From IMG/VR virus record IMGVR_UViG_3300021962_000056, positions 1-64,000 of that record: a stretch of DNA of 64,000 nucleotides; one strand, 5' to 3'. The position numbers and the translations under genes were made by a program. Numbering within the stretch: the first letter of the stretch is position 1; each line of letters begins with the position of its first letter. The stretch is from a virus. Positions 38,101 to 47,388 of this stretch are shown here, piece by piece. The notes under the pieces are model-generated. The model worked only from the letters and a program-made list of their open reading frames with translations. It did no database searches and was not told the DNA's origin.

Positions 38101-39545
38101 CCGGTCTCGGTATCGACAGGTGCGGCGGGTGCGGGGGCAGGCGCAGGGGCAGGAGCCTTCCCGACAACCGGAGCCGGAATGCCCATCTTCTGGTGCATCA
38201 ACGTTAGCTCCGCAAGCTCATCTGGATTGATCGTGCCAGCGTCGGCTTTTAGTCGCAGCTGGTCCAAACGGATAACATCAACTTCAGGCGCGGGTTTGGG
38301 CTTAGGCGTCGGCGTCTGTGTAACAACCTCATTCTGGCCAGTAACCCCAGTCTCCTGGGACATCTTGAGAACATCTTCGGCAGTAATCTCGGCTTCACCC
38401 TCTTGCTGCGTATCTTCAATCCCGGCCACGGTGGCGTTAGCACGCGGCAATGGGTTTGCGGGATCGCCTCCCAACGATTCAGCCGCAGCATCACCCAAGT
38501 TGGCATTTCGGCGTGAACCAACCAGACCACCAACAGCACCTCCAGATATGGATCCAATGAATCCGGCCTGTGCAACACCATCAAGCCACCCTCGTTCGGG
38601 ATCATACACCGCAGCGGCAGCAATGTTTCCTCCAAGCTGCTCAGCCGATTCTTGGACACCTTCAGTTGCCAGCGCCTCGACAGCGCCACGGACACGTTCA
38701 GCACCCGTGACTCCAAGGAACTTTCTTTGGAACTTGGCAGACTTGGGAACCAACCTCTCGGCAAGCCGTGCTCCAATGCCTCCGATTTCGCCAGTAGCAA
38801 AGCGTTGAACAACTTTAGGTGCTGCTCCCAGCAATCCCTCGGTGACAGCTCCAATGGGTGCGGTTGTAACAAACGCCCCATATTTCATCTGTTCGCGGCG
38901 ATCTTGAAGATCCGCAGCGACATCATACTGCTGGTTGGCTAGAGCCTGAGCAATACGACGGTTGATCGTAGTGTCAGCCTCATCAAGCGCCGATTCACCT
39001 GCTTGCAGTCCGTATGCGATACCTCCGGTTAGAGCACCAGCCGGACCAGCGATTGCCGCAGCTGGAAGGACAGAGACCGTGCTTCCGATGCCACCCATGA
39101 TTTGAGCGGGTACGGACTCTCGCACGCCGGGTAGGCCTGGGTAGGTTTCCTGCCCGAACTCTTGGACAGCTTGACCGGCCTTAAAAATCGGGCTTTGAGT
39201 GGCTGAGCGTTGTTGTTGCTCGAATGGGGTCTCCGTAAACGGATCGCCAGCCTCAAAGGTTCTGGCAAATGCTTTCGCGGTTTGGCCCAGTCCTTCGAGC
39301 GCCCCACGCGGCAACTCGGAAAGAGTGTTGAGCGCAGTCTCGACTGTGCCGTACTGCCCAAGTTGAAACTTGGCTTTCTCTTCGCGCTCAGTCTCTGCTG
39401 CTAGCTCTTCCTGCCGCTGCTCTATCAAACTTTTTCGGATCGCTTGATAGTTATCGCGGACGTACTGCTGGGCCTGCTCCTCTGAAACATCGTCCGGGAA
39501 TGCAACGGCGCCCAAATCACGTCCAAAGTCGATCTCGATTGCCAT
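32175..39545 (-). CDS. giant internal virion / polyvalent protein with a central HhH-GPD-like domain
   Basis: 2456 aa; last gene of the ejection block; Pro-Ala linkers; C-terminal G.QPYSI..G..Y.SY motif seen in large podovirus internal proteins. Confidence 0.7.
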   Translation of the reverse strand: MAIEIDFGRDLGAVAFPDDVSEEQAQQYVRDNYQAIRKSLIEQRQEELAAETEREEKAKFQLGQYGTVETALNTLSELPRGALEGLGQTAKAFARTFEAGDPFTETPFEQQQRSATQSPIFKAGQAVQEFGQETYPGLPGVRESVPAQIMGGIGSTVSVLPAAAIAGPAGALTGGIAYGLQAGESALDEADTTINRRIAQALANQQYDVAADLQDRREQMKYGAFVTTAPIGAVTEGLLGAAPKVVQRFATGEIGGIGARLAERLVPKSAKFQRKFLGVTGAERVRGAVEALATEGVQESAEQLGGNIAAAAVYDPERGWLDGVAQAGFIGSISGGAVGGLVGSRRNANLGDAAAESLGGDPANPLPRANATVAGIEDTQQEGEAEITAEDVLKMSQETGVTGQNEVVTQTPTPKPKPAPEVDVIRLDQLRLKADAGTINPDELAELTLMHQKMGIPAPVVGKAPAPAPAPAPAAPVDTETGLTADEQDELDELITAEDAGTLSEEGAITLAAYRARLGTEPAATQPTTPAPSAVQKQGPDEGVLRREEPQPPVEVGLRQMDQGGRPAEVGGAEAEVTPEEVQQVKAEVAPAPAPAPTPAPSPAIKPDEELTEKQYYTKRVKEIAKANDLTEAEVRAQFSQEDSNLEYWLMIRSAAESGKQLKAETLDRLPEARIDFLRKQYPQALPEGYMAPAVRKSAAEKQAEMRAAKRGVRPAAAAQGVSPADQIHSAKLPKELARSTPRYNFGSNVFLPTLGSDFDRAAYILAQEKPSEADQQFMDWAVEVSGMSPEKIRAHGKTVRAQLKELARTSTGGTQKKPAVIVLAPQPIAAAERPAPAPAPAPAPTPAKPTPAPQADPNEKLAAFIEDVDGAITNLESPAKLRAMVKKAVAAGYITARDAAEIASVQKSMGSAEDTTDAFSEFAGYLSMELDKRRKAPAAAPTPAPVGKVDKAIAKLENLKVDTGGTFDAVLGIPALVWNGALITAQNALRAGRAVTQAIDAAIEYIRTNLNEKQAAKVNLEAVRNQFETDLVLGRSASEIVDDGKLSGYKQKARHLIPEERRKLRSDTKKRFVDLFNKLPSVSEFAAAALGGAVKRGWYRKSAEALIDVFGVDAPRFAALLAGLSPQTSVESNLINALNVWKNWNLAGRPTDRAAIVSVMGRSVQGNKGEESVLDAWINNSVRALSSEDPTSVTLSGPKVNSFMLNLRGVVNEVTNDAWMANFALVDQAMFSGSLNAAGTDPGKGTGYLAMSAKVRATAEYLTELTGDQWTPAEVQETVWSWAKTLYELQDRRGETRNALEILRAGELTEEAIAGTPDFATLLADGEYRRILAEAGYGNQVEQLARRSAELRGAGQARSESQAAAAASQTLRNAEERAARRLVQLRKQRAAEAEAERNQRPDRVEAALQKVIAATDPRGKAFEAVAALSNFVVFQASKIALRIYQSTKSWVAARNAGMDYIKSHVQLQNEPETAANFEEHIKAFPNQEIPAGTPERPQPPSPDVRVPSRGLFLGDISKDTDENWASEARKWVDFFNGNLERAYQVVLGEDIDNAFKEYILGEIIQRNQLDIARAKNDVELLRALNLEKRLAESAKSLGAVTAKAMAARKLAQERFWWAQPAMILRNLIRKRQDELIPFSKIESEQVRKWLTESGREAVNQIREAMKKADNVFAREFRKIKQVPGEPDGPPIEIKWQDILTQALDTQGSVRQKMLQVILADPRLRNLSPAGIAEITNLLTKAWETKRNQIFRAEFQKKVPLPNVKPDVREKLFRSLPRILKYANIARATPGSFSIQDGPDTFLLWEQAFRDAVAPEFGVAELNGATARKITDLAQKAQAQGGVNRNEIIQQMFRLMAREGGVRFSDALRDYWYAAVLSGVRTQVDNWANVWNGFLNTAMFAGMAKKDAGFVAYSALKGLDEGIRDFWPMLWRGELYRSVNFNPDQPGSALEGLGQSRNLFAKGISQFKYVGRLINALDHMTALMSDSTAKAYALRKLYGPEVARRYLTPSKEAVAAARARAIAEGTRPELVNKRTREIIQEKLPVEILLTAKDIREMTTFTETPQGILGSLYRGLDQAAQGKTLYKVLSGTNFLRFAANSANEILNFAFPVAFIRYYQSAPGRSEGEYGLKFSESRRDLLLAKAAFGTALGIYAGALFLGDDDKEEDRNIDITGSFKSLDPNKRKQLLAEGRQPYSIRFGNTYVSYRQLGFGGVLATIGELRDRQLFSPDKWSQENIVEKILDGAAAGMFIVKDSTAISGLTELLGFANAYKYDTDEFIEKSFPRYVSRLAGSLVPNILKEVDAWSDPSIFKTEAGNFGYEYFLQQVPFGRREIGPGPILNVLGEPVKVERYPWSRWAKEREDDLAWGTLGKLASRGVFMPTPAITVKVNENGTRREMTREEKYAYQRAVGQGYRKFIEQNSKRLLALPPAEAADFIDKNADRIRRNARTNLKNSF
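37790..37948 (-). CDS. 52-aa basic protein overprinted in an alternative frame of the giant gene
   Basis: GTG start; (M)PFKNKAQMKACYA...KWDCDKW resembles stand-alone MPFKSKAQ-type phage microproteins. Confidence 0.6.
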   Translation of the reverse strand: MPFKNKAQMKACYAEKNRNPQSKWDCDKWIKEGGLPKSEGPKPKSPRKKYSK

Positions 39546-39551
39546 GGTAGG

Positions 39552-40979
39552 TTAAAGTTCCACGGGCGCACGGCCACGCGGCAAACTCAGAATTGCGTCA
39601 AACTGTTCTTGAGACAATCCCAATGGCAAGGAGTTGGTTCCAGCTGGTGTTGGAACTCCGGCCTGATTTAGAGCTTGCCGCAACTGAAGGCCAAGAACTG
39701 CGGGGTCAACACCCCTAGACTGAGCCTCAATCATTGCCTGTCGGAGTTCTTCTGGATCCAGTTCAGAAAGCGACTCGCTTGAATTTGTGGTCGCAGGCTG
39801 AAGCGAATTCACCGCCATTCTTGGTGCAGCAACCATAGGAGCGTTGGTGGATGCTGTCCCCGGTCCGCGTGAGGTTATCGGCGGCACGTTTCGGAGGGCG
39901 CTGCTAGGTATAATACGACGGGCGCGTGAAGCTGCTTCTGCGCGGTTTTTTGGAGCAGGTTCAGAAGAAGTGATGCCTAGTGCTTCCCTTCGATCCTTGC
40001 GTTTCACTTCTAACTGCGCTTTTGCTTCGTCGATCGTGTATCCGTAGCTTTCGCCAAAGTATCCCGTCTGATCCTTGCGTACCTTGACGTTCCCTTGATC
40101 GTCTTCGTAGACGTTGACATCTACGTTTTTGCCGCGACTAGCAAGACGCTTGAGTTCCTTTTCTGCTTCGTCGATGTCGCCGAATGGATCGGGCTCTTTA
40201 TCGGGAGACGCAAGGCGTTTGGCTTGTTCCTCGAGGGCCATTTCTGGCGTGAGGTAAAGTTCAACCTCCTCACCGCTGGGACGCGTATATTTTATACTCC
40301 CCGCCTTCTCCGCCTTCTTAGGCGTAGGCGTAGGAGCAATCCACTGTCTCCCACCGAACGACATTCGTTGGCCACCACCCATGGGCGCGCCTAGACGGGT
40401 GGGCGCAGCAGTGACAGGGACATTGCCAGAGAAAATGTCAGGAGTAGAAATGTCTTCGATTTGGTTTCTGACTTCGTCTGGAAGTTCGCGGTCCTGCTCT
40501 TGATCGGCAGGGATAAACCCGCGCCGGATCATGGCCGCAGTAAGATCCTTCTCCTGGGCCATTCGCTTTGCTGTCCCGCGAAGGCGCCCAGTCTGATAGG
40601 CTGGACTGCCAATGACCTCCGGTGACAACGGCGCCTGAGTTCCATACAGAGCGCCAAGCTCTCCCTCTGCGCCGGCTATTTGTTCCTCTTGTAATCGACG
40701 ATCCCGCTTCAACGCAGAGGCCGCGTAATCAGGTTCACCGTTTGCTAGCACCAGATCCTGACCAAACTGTCCCGCTGCTGCATCGAGACGAGCTTTGATT
40801 CGCTCATCGAGTGCAGCCCTTCGTTCGATACCCAGCTGGTTGTAATAGTCCTGCCGGATCCGCGCCTCTTCCTGGCGCTGCGCCATCGCCTCCTCACGCG
40901 CCTGGCGCTGATTCGCCAGCTGCACGCCTTGAAGGTACGACTGCCCGATGTTTTCGAGTCCTGAGAAGGGGTTTGCCAT
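39552..40979 (-). CDS. internal virion / ejection protein (medium, module B)
   Basis: MANPFSGL..IG..Y..G; positional counterpart of 18037..19410. Confidence 0.5.
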   Translation of the reverse strand: MANPFSGLENIGQSYLQGVQLANQRQAREEAMAQRQEEARIRQDYYNQLGIERRAALDERIKARLDAAAGQFGQDLVLANGEPDYAASALKRDRRLQEEQIAGAEGELGALYGTQAPLSPEVIGSPAYQTGRLRGTAKRMAQEKDLTAAMIRRGFIPADQEQDRELPDEVRNQIEDISTPDIFSGNVPVTAAPTRLGAPMGGGQRMSFGGRQWIAPTPTPKKAEKAGSIKYTRPSGEEVELYLTPEMALEEQAKRLASPDKEPDPFGDIDEAEKELKRLASRGKNVDVNVYEDDQGNVKVRKDQTGYFGESYGYTIDEAKAQLEVKRKDRREALGITSSEPAPKNRAEAASRARRIIPSSALRNVPPITSRGPGTASTNAPMVAAPRMAVNSLQPATTNSSESLSELDPEELRQAMIEAQSRGVDPAVLGLQLRQALNQAGVPTPAGTNSLPLGLSQEQFDAILSLPRGRAPVEL

Positions 40980-40983
40980 AAAA

Positions 40984-41724
40984 TTAGCCTCCCATGAGTT
41001 TGCGTTGAGTGGAGACCAGATCGCTTTCGCCGCCGGTGCCGGCGCGACTCTGCGCTCCCAGCTGCGCGAATCCAAGATTGGTCAATCCAGATCCGAGTGA
41101 TCCAAACGCTTGACCGACCGCTCCAGTTGCACTCGGCATACCGGCAACACCAAGGAGCGCCTGCTGTTGTGCGCTGCGCTCGCCGCCGCGCAATGCGGCA
41201 ATCTGCTGTGGCGTAAACTCGTAGTTCGCCAACGGAGCCAGCGGTGTGGTTCCAAGGATGTTGGCGAACTGTTGGTTGCCGAGGTTTGCGAAGTCCAAGC
41301 TGGTTCGTCCGAGGTCTCGGGCAACGAGGTTTCTTCCAGCTGCGCTTCCGGCGTACCCACCCTGAAGAGCTTGGCCGGCTGCTCTGCGTTGAACCTGCGC
41401 CGCGACATCAGGCGGGAGTTCACCGCGAAGGAGTGCTAGCGCGTTCTGAGTGCGTTGCGCTTGGCCTTCTTGATAACCAGGAATCTGGATGCCAAGCGAC
41501 TCCAGCAGCTGGGCTCGGTTGAACGCGTTGCGCTCGGTCTCCATTTCTCGGGCGCGGGGAGCGTTGAGAGCGGACTCTCCCATTACCGCACCAACATCAA
41601 GCCCAGGAATGTTTGCAGCGTCACGGGCCTGCCGGCGCGCCGCGCTAGCGGACGACGCTGACAATGCTGCGCCTGTTCCAGACCCGACAAGCCCAACTCC
41701 TATTGCTGTTCCTACCCAAGACAT
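40984..41724 (-). CDS. internal virion / ejection protein (small, module B)
   Basis: Paralog of 17219..18031. Confidence 0.6.
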   Translation of the reverse strand: MSWVGTAIGVGLVGSGTGAALSASSASAARRQARDAANIPGLDVGAVMGESALNAPRAREMETERNAFNRAQLLESLGIQIPGYQEGQAQRTQNALALLRGELPPDVAAQVQRRAAGQALQGGYAGSAAGRNLVARDLGRTSLDFANLGNQQFANILGTTPLAPLANYEFTPQQIAALRGGERSAQQQALLGVAGMPSATGAVGQAFGSLGSGLTNLGFAQLGAQSRAGTGGESDLVSTQRKLMGG

Positions 41725-42176
41725 AGTAAGTATTTGTTATCCCTCACGTAAGTGAGGTCGTTGCGTATCTCTTCGTGATTTTTTTTGTTCAGCGGGTTGG
41801 GGTGAACAGTCACCCAAACCGTGTCCTCTTGAATCAAAATCGCCCTTCGCGTCTGCGGCAGGGTAATTCCGTACATCGGCGCCGTGTAGGTCACCAGTCC
41901 CTCGGTTTCGCTGATTACCGTCAGCTTGCCCTGAAGCAGAAAGAACGGGTGATCGAACTTATGGATCCGACTGGTGATGATTGATCCAGCTGGCGCAAAT
42001 ATTTCCCGCACGTACAACCCCTCTGGATAAGTATGGTTGAGCGGGCACTCGATCTGCGGCTTGTCCGAGACAAACGCTTCCCAACGATCCAGTCGATCGT
42101 CGAGCGGAACGTCTGCGTCGGTCAGAAATTCCAACCACGTCACCGGCTGCACTACAACTGGAAGCTCTTCGGTCAT
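41712..42176 (-). CDS. cupin-like protein
   Basis: H....GLY.RE...PAG......HK..H...L..G...V; W.TVH. Confidence 0.65.
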   Translation of the reverse strand: MTEELPVVVQPVTWLEFLTDADVPLDDRLDRWEAFVSDKPQIECPLNHTYPEGLYVREIFAPAGSIITSRIHKFDHPFFLLQGKLTVISETEGLVTYTAPMYGITLPQTRRAILIQEDTVWVTVHPNPLNKKNHEEIRNDLTYVRDNKYLLCLG

Positions 42177-43261
42177 CAGATGAAGCCACCAAAGATGAAC
42201 TGGGTCTTGGCCGATCCGAACGGCTGCACGTTAATCACGCTGCGCTCGTTCGGGCTGTAGGCTTCGAGTTCATTGCGCAGACTGCGAAGCGCCAGCTGGA
42301 TCTCACGTTCAGCCTCGGTGTACTGATTCCGGTCCTCCTTCTGGATGGCCTTCATCATGTGCTTGATCGCCTGGAGATTGCCGATGAACAGCCAATCGGA
42401 GTCAACGATGGCCGGGATGAACTCCAGACGCACGATCGCCTCGACTACCGTGTTGGTACATTCCTCATCTGGAGGCACGCACCCGTCGCCGTGGTCGATG
42501 CAGTCGTTCTGAGCTTCCGCGTTGCACCCGGAGGTTCCGCCGCAAACCTCGGGCATCCCGATCAGGTACGTGCGACGGTACTCAGGGTTTTCTTCGCTGG
42601 GACCCCAGAGTGCGACTTCCGTGGTCACAGTACCGTTGTAGGTCGAAATGCGCAGCCTTCCCTGCGTCAACGGCTTCTGGGCGCCGGTGAGTCCAGGCTT
42701 CTTGAACTGCTTCGTTGTCTGGACAAACGGAGTGATGTTTGGGTTTGGCAGAGTGACGTATTCACCCCAGACATACTCTCCGGAAACCGTATCGTAGGTG
42801 CGAATGGCTTCATTGGTAATCGGATCAATCCCTTGAAGCAGGACACGTTTGCCGGCATCAGCTGCTAGCTCTGGTGCCACCTGAAAATAGCAGGTCTCGA
42901 TCGAATCCCGATACTGCGTGACCATACCGCGATCCAGCAGCTGTTCCTGCTCGCATCCCTCACGGCCGCATCCGGTGCGCGGTGCGCGTTCATCCGTCTG
43001 GAACTCGTACCACTGGTTCTGGATCGGGATGTTGTACCCGCAGAGGTTCATCGCCTCGATCGTCTTGACCTCGCGAGGCCAAGTGATGCAGCCGGCAGTG
43101 ACGCAGATGCGCAACTTCTTGTATGTGCCCCACCACTTGCCCATGTCGGCAAGCCGCGCCTGAGCCTCGTTGAGCAGCTGGACGAAACGCTCGTCACAGG
43201 TGGCCAGTCCGACTGCCTGCGCGATCGTGGAGTTCTTGGCCTGTGCGAGGGTTTTTCTCAT
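42176..43261 (-). CDS. tail tubular protein A / adaptor-like (module B)
   Basis: Paralog of 15152..16123. Confidence 0.6.
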   Translation of the reverse strand: MRKTLAQAKNSTIAQAVGLATCDERFVQLLNEAQARLADMGKWWGTYKKLRICVTAGCITWPREVKTIEAMNLCGYNIPIQNQWYEFQTDERAPRTGCGREGCEQEQLLDRGMVTQYRDSIETCYFQVAPELAADAGKRVLLQGIDPITNEAIRTYDTVSGEYVWGEYVTLPNPNITPFVQTTKQFKKPGLTGAQKPLTQGRLRISTYNGTVTTEVALWGPSEENPEYRRTYLIGMPEVCGGTSGCNAEAQNDCIDHGDGCVPPDEECTNTVVEAIVRLEFIPAIVDSDWLFIGNLQAIKHMMKAIQKEDRNQYTEAEREIQLALRSLRNELEAYSPNERSVINVQPFGSAKTQFIFGGFI

Positions 43262-44250
43262 GGCGGGGTGTAGAGGGGGTTGAGCGCGGTCGCGTAGACT
43301 TTCATCTGATAATCAGTGGCTGAGCTTGCAGGTCCAAGCGCCGGAGTCATAAACGGAAAGATAATCCCGTTTTGCCAAATCGGATAAACGTGAATTTGAT
43401 CAAAGTCAGCCGTGTACTTGAACGCTGGCATATCGGCAGCAGGCCCGTCCGCTAGCAAGTTCAAGCAGTCAACTTCTTGACCCGAATACCAGGTTAATGT
43501 CGCGTTTGGAATCGTGCTCGCATCTGTAAATGTCTGTGTTCCTACGGCAATCCTTTGCAAAACCACCCGGACCATGAACGGCATGATTTTCGATCCGGTC
43601 AATGGATTCACGAATCCATGAGTGAAATTTTCTGGCGCAGCAGAAACCGATGGAATAACTCGCAATGTAGACTCATACGTCAAAAACTGACGTAAACTCT
43701 GCCGCGTCAGGTCCCGCTTCTGCGTGATCAGCTGGAAATTTACCCCGTCGTACAAGACGGACACAACCTGACCAATCAGGATGTCGTTTGCGGAAAGGGC
43801 GGTCGTGCCATCCTTCGTGATCGTCTTGGCACCGCGTCCATCCACATTCAGCGTGCAAGCGCCAGCATTGGTGTGGTTTGCGAGGAAGGTGTAAATCTGA
43901 CCAGTCCGGTAGGCCGAAGCAGCATTGGGGTAAGCCGGCGAATTGGTGACCGCATAGTTTCCACCTGCACCTGTTGCCGTGCCCGCAAACACCACTTCGC
44001 TGCTGGATCGAATCCACGCCAGATCGGTGGGATTTCCAGACCACTTCATCACGTCGATCGGTCGATCAGACGAATCGGTACGCAGCCAATAGAGTGCAGT
44101 GTTTCCGGGTGCGGTTTGCGATGTCACCCATTCCGCGCCGGTATTCAGGTTTCCAATCAGCGCGGCCGCGTAAGCGTCCAGGCGATCCTGTTCGCTCGCG
44201 TAGCATTGGGGAGGGGGAAGCTCTCCAGCTGTGATGTCAATCGTTGGCAT
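43258..44250 (-). CDS. tail fibre-like protein
   Basis: N-terminus resembles 14352..15155; TN.GA.TLNVDG.GAK.I...YDG.NFQL fibre motif. Confidence 0.6.
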   Translation of the reverse strand: MPTIDITAGELPPPQCYASEQDRLDAYAAALIGNLNTGAEWVTSQTAPGNTALYWLRTDSSDRPIDVMKWSGNPTDLAWIRSSSEVVFAGTATGAGGNYAVTNSPAYPNAASAYRTGQIYTFLANHTNAGACTLNVDGRGAKTITKDGTTALSANDILIGQVVSVLYDGVNFQLITQKRDLTRQSLRQFLTYESTLRVIPSVSAAPENFTHGFVNPLTGSKIMPFMVRVVLQRIAVGTQTFTDASTIPNATLTWYSGQEVDCLNLLADGPAADMPAFKYTADFDQIHVYPIWQNGIIFPFMTPALGPASSATDYQMKVYATALNPLYTPP

Positions 44251-44252
44251 GG

Positions 44253-47200
44253 CTAGATTCGGTAGCTGTAATCGTCTGGCTTACACGGGCCGGGGTCGCA
44301 TTGAAGATCGAGACACCCTCCCGGGCAATCGAAATAGAAAAATTGATCCAGCGGCGCAACGCACCGGTCTGGCCGTCCAGCCAGGAACGATGCTCCAAAC
44401 CGTCCGCCGTTGTTGCGGACAAGATCTTGCCCGCTCAAACGACGAACAGTGTTGCACGTGATCTGGACGTTGCTGACGTACCGGAAAAAGCTGCCGGTTG
44501 CCGATGTAAACGCCACGTCTGGGCCGACATTCGCGCAGGTGAAGGTGGTTGGAGTAGGCGTTCCAGTGACGATGTTTTCGTCGTTGAAGCTGGTGTTGAT
44601 GAAACCCTCGGTCGTCACGTGATCCCCGATGGACAGGTGATGCGCCTTGTTCGTGGTGAACGTCGCGACGTTTGATGTCCGCTGGTAGGCGATGGGCAGC
44701 ATTTCCCAGGGGAATTTCACCGGGAGGTTGATGCCAACGAAGCCTCCGCTGGAAGAAACGATGGCGCCGGGATTGGTAACCGTGAACTGATTTGCAGCTG
44801 GTACGGTAAGAACCGTGAAAACGCCATTGAATGTTCCGTCAGCAACTCCAACCACGGAAACCTCCATTCCAACCTGAAGCTCATGCGCTGACACCGTTGT
44901 AAATGTCGAGATACCGCTGCCGTCTCTCGATGCGCCATCCGGAGACGCCGACGGGGGGTTGATCGGAATCTGGTAGTCCGTCGGGTAGTACCATTTGCTG
45001 CGATCGACGTCGTGATTCAGGACGATAAACGCAGCATCGAGCGGATCGAAAGCCGTCTGGTAATACCAAGTTCCCGGCCCTTGAAGTAACACGTCATTGT
45101 TTTCAACAACCATGTCGCGGTGTGCTGAAATCAATGTGGAATACGGATTCGGATTCGCTGTCAACGGCCCGATCAACTCATACCAATCCTGCACGTTTAA
45201 CGCTATGAACGCACAAATATCCAACGCTGAGTTGTTGTGGATGCGCGTTCCAAAGTGCTGGTACGAATCAACGTAGAAACAGGTTCCAGTAAACCCGTCG
45301 AAATTGTTGTAGCGGACCTCGGCGTTTAACGTCTCTCGAACGGTGATAGCATGAACCGGGCTCTGTTGGTTGACCTTGTTTGGTCCGCCGCGAACCTCGT
45401 TGTACTCGAAGGTGCAATCCTTCGCCAGGATCCGCTGGCTGCGAAGCATTTCGACGCTTCCGTCGAGGTACAAACCGGGAATGATGTTGGGTCCAGGTGC
45501 GTTCACTGTGAACTTGAACGCGTCCGGAACGCTTAACACCGTCGAATTTACGTAAAGATTTACGTTCGCAGCAACTGGTGGGAATGCGTTTGGAAGGGCT
45601 TGGGCAACAGTAAAATTAAAATCGTCTACAATCGAGGCAACCGTCCAAGTTCCATTGAATGAAGGATCAGTGAGAATGCCTTGAATTTTGACCGTTGATC
45701 CAACATTGGCGAAATGCCTTCCGTAGGTGGTGTACGTCGCTACGCCAGCATTACGTTGAACGACTTGAACTGCCGTCATCGTCACCGGCACCACGTCCCC
45801 AACCCGCAGCGTGTGCTTCATGACGCAGGTGTACGTCGCCACGCCAGCGGATCTGGAAACCACGTTGATCGGGTTCACAAGGCTCGAAAAGCCGCCGATC
45901 GCGCACTGGGTGTTGGCCTCTGCGTTGCCGGGATAGAGAACGCTTTGAATCGAGTTTCGGCCTTGGTATCCGAACTTGTTGTTGATGATCCGCGCACCTG
46001 GCGTCTTGTTGTCCACCGTCATCGGTAGGAACGAGAGGGCGATGAACGTCTCAGCGTCTGCGATACCAACGCCGAAATCGTAAAACTGGTTGTCGCGGAA
46101 CACCGCGTTTTCACCGCGATGATTGATTCCTGCGACCGTGTAGGACGAGTTGACTCCTGCGGTCGTTTGAGCGGTGGCAAGAACGTCAGGGTAGTAGGTC
46201 GGAGAGTAGACGCGGCCGTTTTGAGCAGGCAGTGTTATCGGAGCGGTAACGCGAGAACAATAAAACTCCTGACCGCCAGGAAGGAATCCAGCCACGGTTT
46301 TTGTGCCATTGAAGGCTGGGTCTGTCATCCCGGTAATGACAACGCTATCACCGATCGTGAAACCAAAGTTCCAGTCTGGATGCTTTGTGTAAATGTCAGC
46401 AAAACCGTTGTTTCTACCGCCAATGATTACAGCACGAATATCGCGCTGGAAAGTGGACTGGGTTATGTTCTGAACATTTCCATACCCAGTGAATGACCCA
46501 TCTGCAACACCGCCTGTTTTTACGTTTACAATGTACTGATTGATTTCGCTTACATTGGTGTATGGAGGCGGGACTATTGGCGGAGAATACGATGGAGTTG
46601 CCACCGCAGTTATGAAATGCGGGTATGCGGTCGTGTACGTGTTTACTCCAGCGGTCCTTGAAACGGATGAAATCGCGATATCTGCAACCGAGTTGTTCGT
46701 GTAGTTGCCGTCGAACGTGATGCCTTGAATCAGCGTGTTCTTGCAATTCGTCGCATCCACAGGGCGGCCCGGATATGCTCCAGCACCTCCAACCGCGCCG
46801 CTGCCGGCATAATTGCCCAGCGTCTTGATCATCTGGATGTTGAATCCATAGGTATCGAGTCGCTTGGTTGACGTATGGTTTGCGAACTTCAGCGTCGTTT
46901 GCCCGATGCCTTTTCCGACAAACTCGACGTTGTCGATCGCAAGTCCGTAGCCGAGAACCAACGAAGATGTGTATCCGCCGCCGATTAGGTTGATCCAGCC
47001 GTTCTCTGCTGCCAGCGGAGTGTTTGCTCCTGGCATCAACACCTGAAATGAAGTTGGGCTGTAAATCGCAGTTACCTGAAATCCAAATTGGCCTGGACCG
47101 AGATTGCTCGGCAATGTTGTTGCCGGGTCGATGTAAACCACCGAAATGCCGTACAACGTGATTTTTTCTCCAAGAACAAGACCGTGCGGGGTAGCAGTTG

Positions 47201-47387
47201 TAAAGGTTGTGTAGCCACCAGTCCTCTGGCTCTGAGTGATCTTCGCCCCCGGACTCGACCCCAGTAGAAACGTGCCTGCCGGGAAATCGCATCGACCAGC
47301 TGTGAGCAAGCATTCGTTGATCGCCCACGCGCTGTTTCGTAGCCCGCAGGGATCCGCTCCGTAATCAACTGGGTTTGAAGAGGGCAT
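44253..47387 (-). CDS. tailspike: pectate-lyase-like beta-helix interrupted by repeated FCCH-like beta modules
   Basis: DYGA.P.G....AI, FPAGTF, G.G...T.LK, ITFDGN; repeated R..G..T.TT...H....G..V...G....FNG. Confidence 0.65.
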   Translation of the reverse strand: MPSSNPVDYGADPCGLRNSAWAINECLLTAGRCDFPAGTFLLGSSPGAKITQSQRTGGYTTFTTATPHGLVLGEKITLYGISVVYIDPATTLPSNLGPGQFGFQVTAIYSPTSFQVLMPGANTPLAAENGWINLIGGGYTSSLVLGYGLAIDNVEFVGKGIGQTTLKFANHTSTKRLDTYGFNIQMIKTLGNYAGSGAVGGAGAYPGRPVDATNCKNTLIQGITFDGNYTNNSVADIAISSVSRTAGVNTYTTAYPHFITAVATPSYSPPIVPPPYTNVSEINQYIVNVKTGGVADGSFTGYGNVQNITQSTFQRDIRAVIIGGRNNGFADIYTKHPDWNFGFTIGDSVVITGMTDPAFNGTKTVAGFLPGGQEFYCSRVTAPITLPAQNGRVYSPTYYPDVLATAQTTAGVNSSYTVAGINHRGENAVFRDNQFYDFGVGIADAETFIALSFLPMTVDNKTPGARIINNKFGYQGRNSIQSVLYPGNAEANTQCAIGGFSSLVNPINVVSRSAGVATYTCVMKHTLRVGDVVPVTMTAVQVVQRNAGVATYTTYGRHFANVGSTVKIQGILTDPSFNGTWTVASIVDDFNFTVAQALPNAFPPVAANVNLYVNSTVLSVPDAFKFTVNAPGPNIIPGLYLDGSVEMLRSQRILAKDCTFEYNEVRGGPNKVNQQSPVHAITVRETLNAEVRYNNFDGFTGTCFYVDSYQHFGTRIHNNSALDICAFIALNVQDWYELIGPLTANPNPYSTLISAHRDMVVENNDVLLQGPGTWYYQTAFDPLDAAFIVLNHDVDRSKWYYPTDYQIPINPPSASPDGASRDGSGISTFTTVSAHELQVGMEVSVVGVADGTFNGVFTVLTVPAANQFTVTNPGAIVSSSGGFVGINLPVKFPWEMLPIAYQRTSNVATFTTNKAHHLSIGDHVTTEGFINTSFNDENIVTGTPTPTTFTCANVGPDVAFTSATGSFFRYVSNVQITCNTVRRLSGQDLVRNNGGRFGASFLAGRPDRCVAPLDQFFYFDCPGGCLDLQCDPGPCKPDDYSYRI

Positions 47388-47388
47388 A

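Noticed and set aside
36980-38160. Pro-Ala (GCACCT/GCGCCC-type) low-complexity repeats
   Set aside because: Ordinary flexible protein linkers, not a DNA-level element.
46414-47328. 304-aa alternative-frame ORF within the tailspike gene
   Set aside because: Arg/Ser/Cys-rich off-frame composition with no recognisable motif, unlike the 37790-37948 candidate.
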